Assembly: GCA_965213685.1 (NCBI GenBank)
Contig: CBDBZY010000064.1
Span: 480,001-544,000, forward strand
Length of the DNA stretch: 64,000 nt
Origin: a bacterium
GTDB taxonomy: Bacteria; UBA8248
Reading direction: 5' to 3'
Shown here: positions 35,084 through 48,312 of the stretch, one piece after another
How the letters are laid out: each line of letters starts with the position of its first letter
Numbering within the stretch: the stretch's first letter is position 1
Position numbers and translations under genes: made by a program
Notes under the pieces: model-generated
Told to the model about the DNA's origin: nothing
Database searches by the model: none
What the model saw: the letters and a program-made list of their open reading frames with translations, nothing else

Positions 35084-36346
35084 ACTGCAAAAAGGAGATG
35101 TAACTTTGCTGTTTTTATCTCAGTGCAGCTGAATGACATCATATTACTCCCACACTGAGTTCTTGTTTCTTCTACACTGCAAAAAATTTCATGGTTATTT
35201 TAACCAATAAGAATAGTTATCTCAGTTGCACATTTGTCCTCTCAACACTTGGCACTGAACAGAGGTATAAAAAATGTGCAAGATGTGTAGGATATCACCA
35301 AGGAGGGATTGAGTGATAGAATACATGACAGTCCATTAGTCTACTGAGCATGACAGAGGAGTGAGTTATCCTATACTCTTGAGATTGAAGCTGAATGACA
35401 TCACGTCACCCCCCACACAGAGTTATCCTATACTATTGAGATGGAAGGCTTGTGGCATAGATAATATAGACGCGTAACCCCCTACGCGTTCATACTATCT
35501 ATGCTTGTGGGCAAAGTGTAGGGTGTCTACAGGAAATTGACAGGGGATGGGTAAACAGCCCATGATGGGGGGTCAGTGTGGGGGTGGCTTGCACATGCGT
35601 ATGACCTTTGACCGATTCTTGTACGGTCAGAGTATGGTTATCTCATGAGCTCAATTCTACCAATATGTTCACACTTTTCTCAGTTGCATATTATCATATC
35701 TGCTATACTCTGTGGAATGTGTAAGGTGTCTCCAAAGTAATGGGTGTCGCGACATGTACTTAAAGTGTGATGGGTTGGAACTTTCATGATCAATGCTGTG
35801 GTCATGGATGATCACTTGGCACTGAACAGAGGTATAAAGAATGTGCAAGATGTGTAGGATATCACCAAGGAGGGATTGAGCGGTAGAATACATGACAGTC
35901 CATTAGTCTACTGAGCATGACAGAGGAGTGACCCCCCATCATGGGCTGTTTACCCATCCCCTGTCAATTTCCTGTAGACACCCTACACTTTGCCCACAAG
36001 CATAGATAGTATGGACGCGTAGAGGGTTACGCGTCTATATTATCTATGCCACAAGCCTTCCATCTCAATAGTATAGGATAACTCTGTGTGGGGGGGTGAC
36101 ATGATGTCATTCAGCTTCAATCTCAAGAGTATAGGATAACTCAGTGTGGGGGTGACATGATAGCCTCGTTCCCAGGCTCTCCCCCCTAGCGCACACGTAT
36201 GACCTTTGACCGATTCTTGTACGGTCAAAGGTCATACGCATGCGCTAGGGGGGAGAGCCTGGGAACGAGGCTAGTGACATGATGTCATTCAGCTGCAACT
36301 GAGATAACCATAGCAAGGTTAAAATAACCATCTCCTTTTTGCAGTG
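35084..36346. mobile_element. Rearranged CACTG-ended TIR element with internal inverted and direct repeats
   Basis: Outer IR cactgcaaaaaggagatg/catctcctttttgcagtg; inner IR about 35362-35574 versus 35932-36143; direct repeat about 35247-35362 versus 35814-35929. Confidence 0.65.
36161..36273. mobile_element. 113-bp palindromic MITE with 9-bp TSD
   Basis: tagcctcgttcccaggctctcccccctagcgca...tgcgctaggggggagagcctgggaacgaggcta flanked by gtgacatga twice. Confidence 0.9.
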
Positions 36347-36765
36347 CATGAGAGACTGATGAGGCACAGAGTCAAATGCTTTCCTTATATCAAGCAAAAT
36401 GGCCCCGATATCTCTACCATGATCCAGTGTTTTTGCCACTCATTCACTACTGATTTCCTGCTTGAAACCCCATCAGTTGCTATAGAAACCTGCCTTGCTT
36501 CATTGAGGTGTTCATGCAGTTAGCATAGGCATTGAGGATGATGCTCAATCAGTATGCTTAAAAGTGGTAATAGGCCTGTAGTTGGATGCTTCATTGTGGT
36601 TTGATGATTTAGGAACTGGCACTATACAAGAGTTTCCCCAAAGTTTTGGAGATTGGCCAGGGAGAATGGATATAATAAACATTGTGTTAAGAGATGGTGC
36701 TATGCTGTGAGCAGTACGTTTTAGCATTATGGGTTATATCCCATCTGGACCACTTGCTTTGTTGT
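36347..36765 (-). mobile_element. Degenerate LINE RT fragment
   Basis: GPDGI...MLKRTAHSIAPSL...NYRPI...DIRKAFDSVPH across frameshifts. Confidence 0.75.
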
Positions 36766-37597
36766 TACTGCCGATGACTCCGCGCTGAGCAGTCATCTCT
36801 TATTACACTCGTTCTTCCCACGGAGCACAGAGGCCTCCTCCTCGCATCCCTGTTTCCGAGCAAAAGTCACTCCGCACATAAGGATGTTCCATGAACCATG
36901 CAATTAAGGGGCACGTTTGAGCTATACCACATGGTTCTGTGAGGTATGGGTGACAGCGATTGTGTTATGTCATAAGTCATAACGCATTCGAAATTTGTGT
37001 GGGTGCTGTCTGTATCTCGGAATGCTGGGGCAGTGACTTCCTCCACGGCCCTCAAGTTACTATGCTTTGTCTTAATTCCCAGGATCAGCTGATAGAATCT
37101 TAAAGAGTGGGCCTGATTCCCAGGTACAATTACTGGCTGGATCAAGCAGCAACAGAATGATGAAGAAGTACTGCTCGTGCACTTCGTAAACTTCGTCCAT
37201 AACATATTTCTAGTGTTGTATATTTTCTGTTTAATTTATATACTGGTAGTAGATCTATGGTGTCACATCTCACATTGGCATTATGTGTATAGCCATGTCC
37301 ACCTGAAATGGATCAGTACTGACCTAGACCTAGACCAATCTCTTTACCCAGCCTAGCTGGTACGCCACAACAAACCACGTAGGGTATTCACACAGTAAGT
37401 TGTTAATATGGGGAACATGACAGGCCTTCCTTGTCATCTTCTCAACTCCCCCCCCCCGCTTCCTCTTTCCTCTTATGCGCCTGCTACTCTCCTCTCCATA
37501 TGTTAAGTAGATCTAGTTTTTCCCTGCCCGTTCTTGTTTTGCCTTGCCTCGCAGCGCATGCCCGTGAAATACGAACCTTTCCGTCGCAGCAGCGACA

Positions 37598-38754
37598 TAT
37601 CAGAGAGTCGGTAAACTCTCTATGTAGGGATGGCGCCGACACGCCCATAGTGCGTGTACATACAAAAGCTTTCTAAACACCCCTGCGCTAGCGTTCTAAG
37701 CCTTTCTAGGCACATAGCTACCCTATTCAGGCGTTTCTCTACCCATAGATACCTCCCAAGTAGCTAGAGTCTATCTACAGACTTCCTGCCAGGGAACGGC
37801 TGAACCGTCGGATTGTTCATCTTTCTTAAGAGATTTTTTCAATTGACCTACGCCCAAACTGGCTAAAGTTATCACGTTGGCTTTTGTACGTATGTCCTTC
37901 ATTCCTGTATGCGTAGTGCCTTTTACTACCAGAATGTTCGTACCTTCTCGATTCGATTCCGAGCAAAACGCAGTAGCCCCAGACTCTTCCCCACACTTAG
38001 AAGCCATTTTCTAATATAATGTCACGTGGCGGAGTTTTGAGCACGTGACGGCTGACCCTGCATGCGCGCGCCCCACGCGCGAAGCCAAGCCTAGATCTTT
38101 GACCTAGCTCTGTACAAGTAGCATCGTACTATTAAAGCTACACCTATTTTCGCTAGAGCACCTACAATAGCTACTGTAGCAACTGATTTAATTTTCCTTA
38201 TGTTTGTATGTTGATGATGCTTGTTTGATGTAGGCAGTCGCATACATGCAGTGAGTATATAGCTAAGAACTTTTTAAAGGGGCTCAGCCCCTTCCTCAAG
38301 TGGTGGTCCTCAACTTCTTCTTGCTATGTACTCCCAGCCCATGACACATAGCAAAAGCTGTCTGTGGTCACGAGTTTGTTTATTAGTGCCTGAAGGAAGT
38401 GCACTTGAACAGCACCCTCCTATATGGTGTACTATTGTACAGCAAAAAATGACACAAACAAGTAAATAAAACATTTTCCAAAAATGTACAGGGATGTAGG
38501 GATGGCAGTGCCAAAAATCACAGCAACTAGGTGTAGAGACAGGGCATACAAACACTGCACAAATAACCCCATCCCTACATCTTTTTTTGTGCGTGACCTA
38601 TTCTTTATTTATGCTCTGAGATTACTGGGAAACGACATTGTGCATGAAAAAAAAGATGTAGGGATGGGGTTATTTGTGCAGTGTTTGTATGCCCTGTCTC
38701 TACACCTAGTTGCTGTGGTTTTTGGCACTGCCATCCCTACATCCCTGTATATTT
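37598..38754 (-). mobile_element. Hairpin-ended dispersed element (HINE/Helentron-like), copy B
   Basis: Begins tatcagagagtcggtaaactctctatgtagggatggcgcc; long IR about 38479-38589 / 38647-38754. Confidence 0.7.
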
Positions 38755-38955
38755 TATTTACTTTAATATAGAAGAGTTTCCAACCTGGGTAGCCTGGTAG
38801 CCCGGCCTAGCATTTTGCACAGGCACATGATGCCAGTGGATACAACAGAGCATGGCTATATTTCGAACGCAACACTGGCGTAAGAAGTAGAGGGGCTGGG
38901 AGGGCTACAGCCCCTCCCCCCACCATGTTTTTGGAAAGGGCCACACCCACTCAGT

Positions 38956-41248
38956 ACACCATCAATGTTCGGACGCTCTCTCGCTGCTGTCGCTCAATGC
39001 GTGTATTTTTCTGTGTACCTAAATGATAGTTCATAACCAGATACTCCACTACTAGGATTGGGGCAAGTCCTCGTGCCCCCGTTTTTTCGCTACTGGGCGA
39101 CAAAAATAGATATCGGACACAGGTATGTTCGGAACTGAGAATGTACCACCGGACTCACGCGAAACGTTACTCCACCGTACCGAACAACGCGGTGGAGGAC
39201 ACCACTCCCTAACACCCGACAACTGCGCTTGCGTCCCATCACATACTAACCTTTGACCTCGACGATCGGCTGCCTAAAACTGATCATTCACCGCTATTGT
39301 CCGCACGTACGAATAATGGTAAGACAACAACGAAAATGATGGAAAGGCAAGTATTCATACGGAGATCGGTCACAAGTAAAGCTAAAACTATCTGGCTTGG
39401 CTTCACTGACACGAACGCCCACGCAGCAGTCGTACCAGCCCCCGCAGTGGATCCACTTCAGTGGCGTAGGATGATTGTTTCATTAGTGGGGGCACTCCAT
39501 CAATATGCGGTCTAGATGAGAAGGCGTGGCTCCGCGCACTTAAGATACGGCGCAGTTACGCACGACCTTTGACCCCGTATTTGCGTGGACACGACACATC
39601 CACAGACGGTTCTATTATCTATGACGCATCGCGATGCAGCGCGTGACGAGAAGACTGCGAGTGAGGCTAGAGCCAACGTCTGGGTTAGCTCAAGGCAAGC
39701 TAAGTAATTTCTCTACTACATAGTACTATTGCTTGGGACATGAAGATACGGCTAAGTCATTACATACGCCTGCGCTCCAGCGAAATTGCCCCCCCCCTTC
39801 CCCCAAGTTTTAGTGTGGGGGGCACTAATTTCGCTGGAAAGTAGGCGTATGTAATGACTTGGCCATATCTTCATGTCCTATATATGTGAGGCACCATGTA
39901 TAAATCTAAGGCTACAATTATAGAGAGAGGCCACAATTATTGTTGTGAAGCTACATTAATATACAAATGTAAGACTGTGAAGTACATGTAGGTTTGTCAC
40001 ATGCAGGTCACACGAAATCATGTGATAGCTAACCAGCCTCATTAAAATGGCTACTAGAGAGGCTTTAGAGTTGACAGTTAGTGTTGCTGCAGGTGCAGTA
40101 TAGCAGGCAGTGAAGAAGACATTTATTATGATCAAGAGTGAGAATAATGTGTAGTGCATGTGCTAATAAGACTAGCAAGTGAATTGATGAAATGGAGGCT
40201 TATGATACTCCATCATTTTGTAACACATCCACTCACCATTCAAAATGACACATTACCATAAACTCCTATTCCACAAATGTGAGTCAATTCACTTGCAAAA
40301 TTATATTAGTACATGCATTACACAACAACAATTATTTTGACTCTTGACCATCATAAATGCCTTCTTCACTGAGCATGATGCCTGCAAGCTGCAAGTTGCA
40401 ACTGCCCCTGCAACGACACTAACTGTCAGCTCTAAAGACTCTCAAGTAGCAACTATAATGACATGATTTCATGTGATCTGCATGTGACAAACAACCTCAC
40501 ATTTATAAATGTAGCCTTACATTTGTTTCACATTTCTAAACGAGGCCTCATACACACAATTTCCCACACAATTCCCATAGATAATAGAACCGATCATTCA
40601 TTATCTATGGACGCGTCATGTTCCACGCAAATACGGGGTCAAAGGTCGTACGTAACTGCGCCGCATCTCACGTGCGCGGAACCACGCCTTCTCATCTAGA
40701 CCGCATATTGATGGAGTGCCCCCACTAATGAAACAATCCTCCTACGCCACTGAAGTGGGTCCACTGCGGGGGCTGGTACGACTGCTGCGTGGGCGTTCGT
40801 GCCAGTGAAGCCAAGCCAGATAGTTTTAACTTTACTTGTGACCGATCTCCGTATGCCTTTCCATCATTTTCCGCTGCCGTCTTACCATTATTCGTACGTG
40901 CGGACAATAGCGGTCAATGGTCAGAATTAAGCAGCCCATCGTTGAGGTCAAAGGTTAGTATATGATGGGACGCAAGCGCAGTTGTCGGGTGTTAGGGAGT
41001 GGTGTCCTCCACCGCGTTGTTCGGTACGGTGGAGTAACGTTTCGCGTGAGTCCTGTGGTACATTCTCAGTTCCGAACATACCTGTGTCCGATATCTATTT
41101 TTGTCGCCCCGTAGCGAAAAAACGGGGGCACGAGGACTTGCCCCAATCCTAGTAGTGGAGTATCTGGCTATGAACTCTCATTCAGGCACGCAGCGAACTA
41201 CACGCATTAAGCGACAGCAACGGGAGAGCGTCCGAACATTGATGGTGT
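38956..41248. mobile_element. 2.3-kb foldback (long inverted repeat) element
   Basis: 38956-about 39620 is the reverse complement of about 40580-41248; inner arms about 39948-40189 / 40284-40518; extra hairpin at 39737-39879. Confidence 0.85.
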
Positions 41249-41289
41249 CCGAGATTTGATGGCTTACTCTATAGTTGTCTAGCTGGCTC

Positions 41290-43271
41290 TAATACATTAA
41301 GAAGAAGATGCCTCTTACATCCTACAATCCATAACTCTTCTAAACTACAAATTTCTGAAACACAACTTCAGCATAAAATGTTGGCAGCCAAAGCTAGTTT
41401 TGAAGCAGATTTAATTCAAGAATCTTCTCCAAAGAATATCTCAAGGGTTTATAGATATATTAACAGCATCACTAGGCATGATACAATACCACCAACTGTC
41501 AGCCTGGACTCCCATATCGCCACCTCTGATATTGAAAAGGCTAATCTCTTCAACACATTTTTCCACTCAGTCTTTACACACAGCTCCTACAACTTGCCTC
41601 CTCTAGAAATACTACCCATGCCTCCTTCAACAATTAGTGACATAACTATATCTGAGTCTGACGTTTATGATGCGATGACTTCATTGAACCCAACTAAAGC
41701 AATGGGAATTGATGGAATTGGACCAAGATTACTAAAGCATTGTGCTTTAGCACTGTATCAACCTCTCCACCATCTATTTACTTTGAGCCTTGTTCAGCAT
41801 TATTTGCCCCAAGAGTGGAGATTTCACCTGATCACACCTATCTACAAGTCAGGAAATAAGTCTTCAGTGAAAAAATATAGACCTATCTCACTCCTCTGCA
41901 TTGTTTCTAAAGTACTTGAAAAAATTGTTTATGACAAAATTGTTTCATTTGTTTCCAGATCCATTTCTTCGTGTCAGTTTGGTTTCAGGCAGAATCACTC
42001 CCCTCTTCAACAGTTGCTACTATTCTTGAACTCTGTACATGAGTCCTTCAGCACAACTACACAGACTGATGTTATCTACCTTGATTTCAAGAAAGCTTTC
42101 GATAGCGTTGCACATAATGAGTTGCTCGTCAAACTATGGTCTTTTGGCATCCAAGGAAATCTTTGGAAATGGTTTAGAGGTTACCTTACTTCAAGAATGC
42201 AGTGTGTGTCTATAAATACTTCCATCTCAGCCCAATTACCTGTTATTTCTGGAGTGCCTCAAGGTAGCATTCTTGGCCCACTATTATTTTTAATCTTTGT
42301 GAATGACCTTCCTCCATCAGCGTCAACCTCAAGTGTTTTTCTCTTTGCAGATGACACTAAATGTCTCAAAACTATCCGTAACATCTCTGATTGTCTTTCT
42401 ATGCAGAAAGATCTGCAAAACCTAACAATATGGAGTCAGTGCTGGAAATTGATCATGAATTTCAATGTTGCAAAGTGTGCTCTCCTCCGCTTCTCCTCTG
42501 GATGTTCATCTGTTATCTTCAATTACACCATCAATGACAACTTAATCTCTGCTCAAGAAACTCACAGAGATCTAGGCATCATTATGTCCAGTGATCTCTC
42601 ATGGAGAGAGCACATGAAAAGTATTCTGTGCAGAGCTTACAAAACTCTCAACCTTGTTCGACGCTCATTTAGCAGAGGACACAGTCCTCAAACCAAGAAG
42701 ATCATCTATTTGTCCTTAATTCGTTCACAGCTTACATATTGTTCACAGATTTGGCGTCCCCACCTTCTGAAAGACATAGTAGCTCTTGAAAAGATCCAGC
42801 GCCGTGCAACAAAATATGTTCTGAATGACTACACATCAGACTACAGATCTCGTCTTATTGCTCTCCACATCCTTCCCTTGATGATGCAACTAGAGCTATT
42901 TGATGTCATGTTCTTTATTCGATGTCTGAAAGCACCAACTGATGCCTTCAACATATATGACCATGTTACCTTTCACACTAGCTCTACACGTTCTTCCACC
43001 CACCTCAAGTTGAAACATGTTTTGTCAAGAACAAACTCTGCAAGACATTTTTATTTCAACAGAATTCCTAGATTGTGGAATTCTCTGCCTACCTTTGACT
43101 TGGACCAGTCCATTTCCTCTATTAAGAGAGAGGTAATGCGTAACGCACTTCTGGCCATTAGTTTCCACTAATGGACCCTCAGTACATCTGTCTTTGATCG
43201 TATCACCACACTATCCACTCCCTTTCATTTCTGTACTGTGAAGCATAATAATAATAATAATAATAATAATA
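41290..43271 (+). mobile_element. 5'-truncated CR1/L2-group LINE with (TAA)n tail
   Basis: RT ORF 41378-43171; (TAA)n at 43245-43271. Confidence 0.9.
41378..43171 (+). CDS. LINE reverse transcriptase (truncated ORF2)
   Basis: YRPISLL, DFKKAFDSV, GVPQGSILGP, FADD. Confidence 0.88.
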   Translation: MLAAKASFEADLIQESSPKNISRVYRYINSITRHDTIPPTVSLDSHIATSDIEKANLFNTFFHSVFTHSSYNLPPLEILPMPPSTISDITISESDVYDAMTSLNPTKAMGIDGIGPRLLKHCALALYQPLHHLFTLSLVQHYLPQEWRFHLITPIYKSGNKSSVKKYRPISLLCIVSKVLEKIVYDKIVSFVSRSISSCQFGFRQNHSPLQQLLLFLNSVHESFSTTTQTDVIYLDFKKAFDSVAHNELLVKLWSFGIQGNLWKWFRGYLTSRMQCVSINTSISAQLPVISGVPQGSILGPLLFLIFVNDLPPSASTSSVFLFADDTKCLKTIRNISDCLSMQKDLQNLTIWSQCWKLIMNFNVAKCALLRFSSGCSSVIFNYTINDNLISAQETHRDLGIIMSSDLSWREHMKSILCRAYKTLNLVRRSFSRGHSPQTKKIIYLSLIRSQLTYCSQIWRPHLLKDIVALEKIQRRATKYVLNDYTSDYRSRLIALHILPLMMQLELFDVMFFIRCLKAPTDAFNIYDHVTFHTSSTRSSTHLKLKHVLSRTNSARHFYFNRIPRLWNSLPTFDLDQSISSIKREVMRNALLAISFH

Positions 43272-43849
43272 GTTTTCGTAGTTCCTATTAATGTTATTTG
43301 TCTCAGAATGCACCAGAATTGATTTCAGAGCATGCAAGTAAAAACTTTCCTAGGGAAGCATGCCCCCCGACCGTCCTATAGGTAGGTTGGGCCACCCACA
43401 CGGTCAGCCCCCCCATCCAAAAGCATCTTCTTACGCCCCTGCGCAACATCGCCGTGCATGGGGTGCCAACTGTGTTGGATAAGGGCGGTGTACATATTAA
43501 AGTATACGGATCAGTCGGAGTGCGATGTTGGCGTTTGTCGTTCGTCCTTCTGTTGTTGTGGCGAAGAGTCAGTACCTGGGAATCAGGTGCTCTCTTTTTA
43601 GGACTCTATCAGCAGATCCTGGAAATTAGGCGAGGCACCGCAACCTGAGAGCGATTGAGGGAGCTACCCCCACAACATGTCAATTAAGGTGGTGGGAAAT
43701 ACCCCAACAAGTATTTGCAGGAGGCTGAACGCGTTACGACGTATGATGTAACAGGTGAAGCAAGGCTGAAGCTAGTTCTAAGTTAAACTTGTAGTACAGC
43801 AAGGCATACTTTGCTAAGGTGCGTGTATTAACTATCACATGGGATCAGT

Positions 43850-44420
43850 GATGCAGGAACTGGACTTCTGTTCCAATTCAGCCGCGGTTCAGGACCACAT
43901 GATTTGAATGAAGGGTTAGGCAGGTACAGGGGCCAGTCTGGCAAAACAGAGTGTACTTTATGTGATACTGAGTGTAAAAGTGTGGTTCATGCCTTGTGGG
44001 AGTGTCCAGCTTATAAAAGAGAGTAGGGATGAATTTATGGACTTGCTAGGAAGAGTTTCAGGACTTCAAATCACTGAGCATTGTTGAGAGGTCTTCTTAT
44101 ATGTTCTTGGTTGTGAGCTTTGGGTGGAGAGATTTGAATTGTTGCTTCCTTTAGTGAAGGAATAAGGAGGAATACATGTCTGATCCAATTTGTGGGAGGT
44201 TAAATTGTATGGAGAACCATGCTTTCCTCAGCCTCAGCCTCAGTCCTCGGCTGGGACTCTGAGCTGAGGGGTGCCACTGTGGACCAAATGAAATTGGTAA
44301 GGCTGCTAAGTTCCGTCACTCATTTCTTACAGTGAAAGTGACAGGTAAGTTGTATAATAGAAAGGCATTGTGAAAAACTGGCTCCACCCAGATGTCTGGG
44401 TAACTGCGTGGTCAATTGCA
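43850..44420 (+). mobile_element. Degenerate LINE 3' remnant (Cys/His C-terminal domain)
   Basis: CTLCDTECKSVVHALWECPAY-like translation at about 43950-44015; boundaries approximate. Confidence 0.5.
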
Positions 44421-45228
44421 GTAAACGTGTACCTGCGTTTCAAACTGTGCATCGACTGTGTGGAACACACACAATAGTATTTACACCGAAAAACAAGAGA
44501 GATACTGGCACTAACAAGAACTCTTTGCTAGATTGCCGGGGAAGGTGGAAATGTATGTCCAACTGGTACTGCCTGCAGCTGAGTACTGGACACGGGCGAA
44601 ATTATTTTAACTCAGCGTGCATGACACTTGTCTGGTTGTCTAAGCCCTCATTTTCCAGGAGGGTCCACCATATAGTAGGAAAGAGGAATGGAGTGCATGA
44701 CTTCCTACGAGGTTTCAGGAAGTATAGTAAAGTTGTGACAGCTGTCCATAGCTTTCTCTGAAGCACGAAATGCGAGGTTGAAAAAGTATGCGTGGGAACG
44801 ACAGTAGGTGAAACATGCAGTGAAATACTTGGTAAGCACTCATTCCTTGATACCAGAACACGCAGCCTTGGGACATGGCAGAATACAACCTTGCGTAATT
44901 CAGGGAGCTTACTTGCATGGCAATGTCTCTACCTATTTCGTTGTAATTCACCGCAAAGGTGCCCCTTACTTGAATTGCAAGCTTCGTGGTAACTTATAGC
45001 TTTATCTGTAGGGCAAGTGTTACTCAGAAATAGCGGTGCTCCTGGAACGAGGAGGAGGTCTCTGTGCTCCGCGGGGAGAACGTGTGTAATTAAGGCGACT
45101 GCTCTGCCTGGAGTCATCGGCAGTGACGGCGGCTGAAACTGCACTATATTGCGAAGACCAGGGTGACACGCCTCACTGTCGACAACGTGAAGATTATCGC
45201 ACTCATTCAGCAGCTACGACCACGCACC

Positions 45229-46281
45229 ATGTCACCAGCTGGACTCGCGCTGTCAGCCCTTCTCACGTTGGGGCTCATGCACAGCCTCTGCTCGCTCCAT
45301 TTACGCTGAGGAAGCCATGGCTGAAGACACTGGGGCTCTACCGCTGTTCGCGTCTGAGGAGCAAATTGTACCCTCGGGAGTTGGTGGAGGTACAGCAGTA
45401 GCAGTGTATGGGAAACAACGTGCCCGTGAGTGTTCCATTCGTCAACGCGGACGTTTGCTCTGTGACGTCTAACCAATGTGGATAGGTATAAAAGATGGAC
45501 GTTGGCGGTACATGTACTAATTTTCTGGGTATCAGCCTCGGTGCAAGGGTGACTGTGGATGTCCGAGTCTGTGACCGTGATTATGTATAGAATGTAGCAC
45601 ATCATATGATTTCCCAGGATTACTAGTATGGCTTTTAAGCTAGCACGCTGCTTATAGTCGCAATGGCAGTTTGATTTTATGAATAAATAATTAGGCAAAC
45701 ACTTCACCGTTCACAACTGAACAACTGGTGTGCTGACAACTTAATCTTGCCTTGGGAAACAACGTGCCCGTGAGTGTTCCATTCGCCAACGTGGACGTTT
45801 GCTCTGTGACGTATAACCAATGTGGATAGGTAAAGATGGACGTTGGCAGTAAGTTCATATGTACTCATTTTCTGGATATCAGCCTCGGTGCAAGGCCAGG
45901 GTGACTGTGGATGTCCAAGTCTGTGACCGTGATTATTATTATAGAACGTAGCACATCATATGATTTTCCAGGCTTACTAGTATGGCTTAAGCTAGCACGC
46001 TGCTTATAGTCGCAATGGCAGTTTGATTTTATGAATAAATAATTAGGCAAACACTTCACCGTCCTTAAGGCATTACAACTGAACAACTTGCTTGCTGACA
46101 ACTTAATCTTGCCTTCCACAGAGATTGGCAATTTGTGCTACACGCCCATCACAAATTACTGTTCTCGAATCAGTCCTCTGGCACTTAAAGTCCCAATTAC
46201 AGTTCCTAAATACCTAACGTAGCAGTGGCCTTTCCCACCACTGATGTGTGTGTTCGGGTTCACCTTCCTCACTGTCGTTAA
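45229..46281 (+). pseudogene. Inverted pseudogene copy of the secreted Cys-rich protein
   Basis: Homologous signal peptide, Cys domain and exon 2 (46122-46281), with frameshifts, a TAG in the QQQQ run and an internal duplication of about 300 bp (about 45750-46060). Confidence 0.85.
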
Positions 46282-47195
46282 GTGTATGTATAGACAGTTC
46301 ATGTGTTATGAATTAGTAAGGAACCTCCATAGAGACAATCCATAGCTTAAATTGATGCTGCACATTGTCTTTTGTAATTATTACATGTGTAGGGTATAGG
46401 CAATTACAGGAGAGTAGATGTGCTACTTTTCGGAGATGTACATGCATTTGCTGCTAAAGAAATGTTGTGATGGTCAACTACAATTCAAATCTTCTCCCAA
46501 AGCATGTTATATCTTATGGGTGGGAAATTGGTGGTGCATTATTTGTGTTCACTTTGTGCATGTGGCTTTTGAGCAAGTAGCCTTTGTTTTCTTCTTTTAC
46601 TTTTTCCTATCTATACGTATAATAATTACTATTGTATGCCAACACTATTTCAATAGTAACTGCTTGTTAAATAAGTTCAACCTTTGTGCACATAATCATT
46701 AAACCCAGAACCAATCTCAGTTTATGAGCAGAGTTGTAGCTTAGCTGTTAAAGTTGGAATTTGCTTTACTCAGTAATGTCAGCGTGCATTATGACACACA
46801 ACCATGCATGGTCCTGCCAGGTTAAGTGATAGTCAGAGACGAGCAGGCTGCTCTTGAGATGTCAACGTGTAACATTATAGGGGATTGACAGCTCGCTCTT
46901 TGCAACAAGCTAGGGACAAGTTAGGCCACAGAAGAGCTCCTTAACTAGATCAGTTACAGCTCCAGGTTACAGCTTTCCTTCATCAGCATCCTGCAATGAG
47001 CACTTCAATATTTAGCCTGTCATCCGTGTAATTCGGAAGATTTTTCAAAGTTGATTAAAACAACCAGGTCACCTTACAGTCAAAAGGAATAATGTGTAAG
47101 AGCACAATGCACATTGCTATACAAGAAAGTACATAATTTACCATAATCATCATTTTGCACGCTCAGGTCACACCACCACAATTACAATGTCTCCT

Positions 47196-48312
47196 CTAAT
47201 TCCCAGCTATGAGCTCATAGGTAGGTTCCTGTATCCGAGTTCCAGTTTGTGGTACTGAATGGGAACTGACCAACTTCTGGGAGGGGTCAGCTGTGGAGAG
47301 CTTCTGTCTGAGACTGTGACTGGTGCAGAGCCAGCAGCTCGTACTCATGCTCTAGGTCTCCCTCCTCAGGGTCATGTGATATTACCACTGTAACATTTTC
47401 GTGATTGCTTTAACCAATATTCATTCTATACAGACCTGTGTGGTTATAGGTGTACATGTACTCATATCTGACCTTGTTAAACCAACACTAGCCAAAACGA
47501 CAAAATGAAAGCTAGTGTTTGGTATAACAAGTTTAGACACCAATATTTATGGTTATGTCAGTTGCACATTTGCTCTCTCAACACCTGGCACTGAAGAATG
47601 TGCAAGGAATGTGCAAAAATTAATGTGTAGGATAATTCCTATGAAATGATAATAGGGGATTGAATCACACAGTCCTTAGATCACGAAAACATTCATCCAT
47701 TACTCCGGAGACACCCAGTGTATTGCATATATACATGCATTCTGCCTCAAGAAAGAAGTAAAACTCAGCGTGGGATTGACATATGAAGTCATTCTGTTGC
47801 AACTGAGACAACCATAACAAGGTTAAAACAACTCCCTGTGGGCCTGGTTGCTGGAAGTGGACATGGTAGCATCCTTGGTCACTCCAGCCTCACTACAGAA
47901 GGATTTGAATGATTGCTAGTATGTATAGGGCATATCCAATCCTTACTCACTTCTTTTGACTAAATTTTCTATGTATCTTCAGATGAACTACTACAACCAC
48001 AGCCACACTAATAACTACTGCTATACTGCCATTTCTGCTGCTCCGTCCACTGCACCAGATGTACTGACAGTCTCTGTGGGGGTTACTGTGAGCCTGATAT
48101 TGATGCCATGCCTTTCTACTGCTGACCTAGGAGGTGCAATGCTGTATATAGCACTCTTCTCTCCTGTTAGTAGCCCACACAAGTATCATGTACATGTACA
48201 TGTACATTCCTACCATCAGGTCATTAATCACCACCAGGAACATATGAGTAGCAAAGCCACTCATAAGCTCCTGTCACCATTTTGGGTGGGGTGTGTGGCC
48301 ATATTGTTTGTC
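47196..48312 (-). pseudogene. Degenerate duplicate of the receptor's FN3-TM-cytoplasmic module
   Basis: Homologous to 49390-50040 (HEYELL, PTYELI, TM-like exon about 47950-48090); interrupted by insertions at about 47387-47835 and 48235-48273. Confidence 0.75.

Larger units (their letters stand above)
38873..43441. mobile_element. hAT5-like MITE expanded by nested foldback and LINE insertions
   Basis: Ends cactggcgtaagaag / cttcttacgcccctg match the intact MITE at 55823-56146; TSD cgcaa; uninterrupted paralogous site near 29060-29110. Confidence 0.75.
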
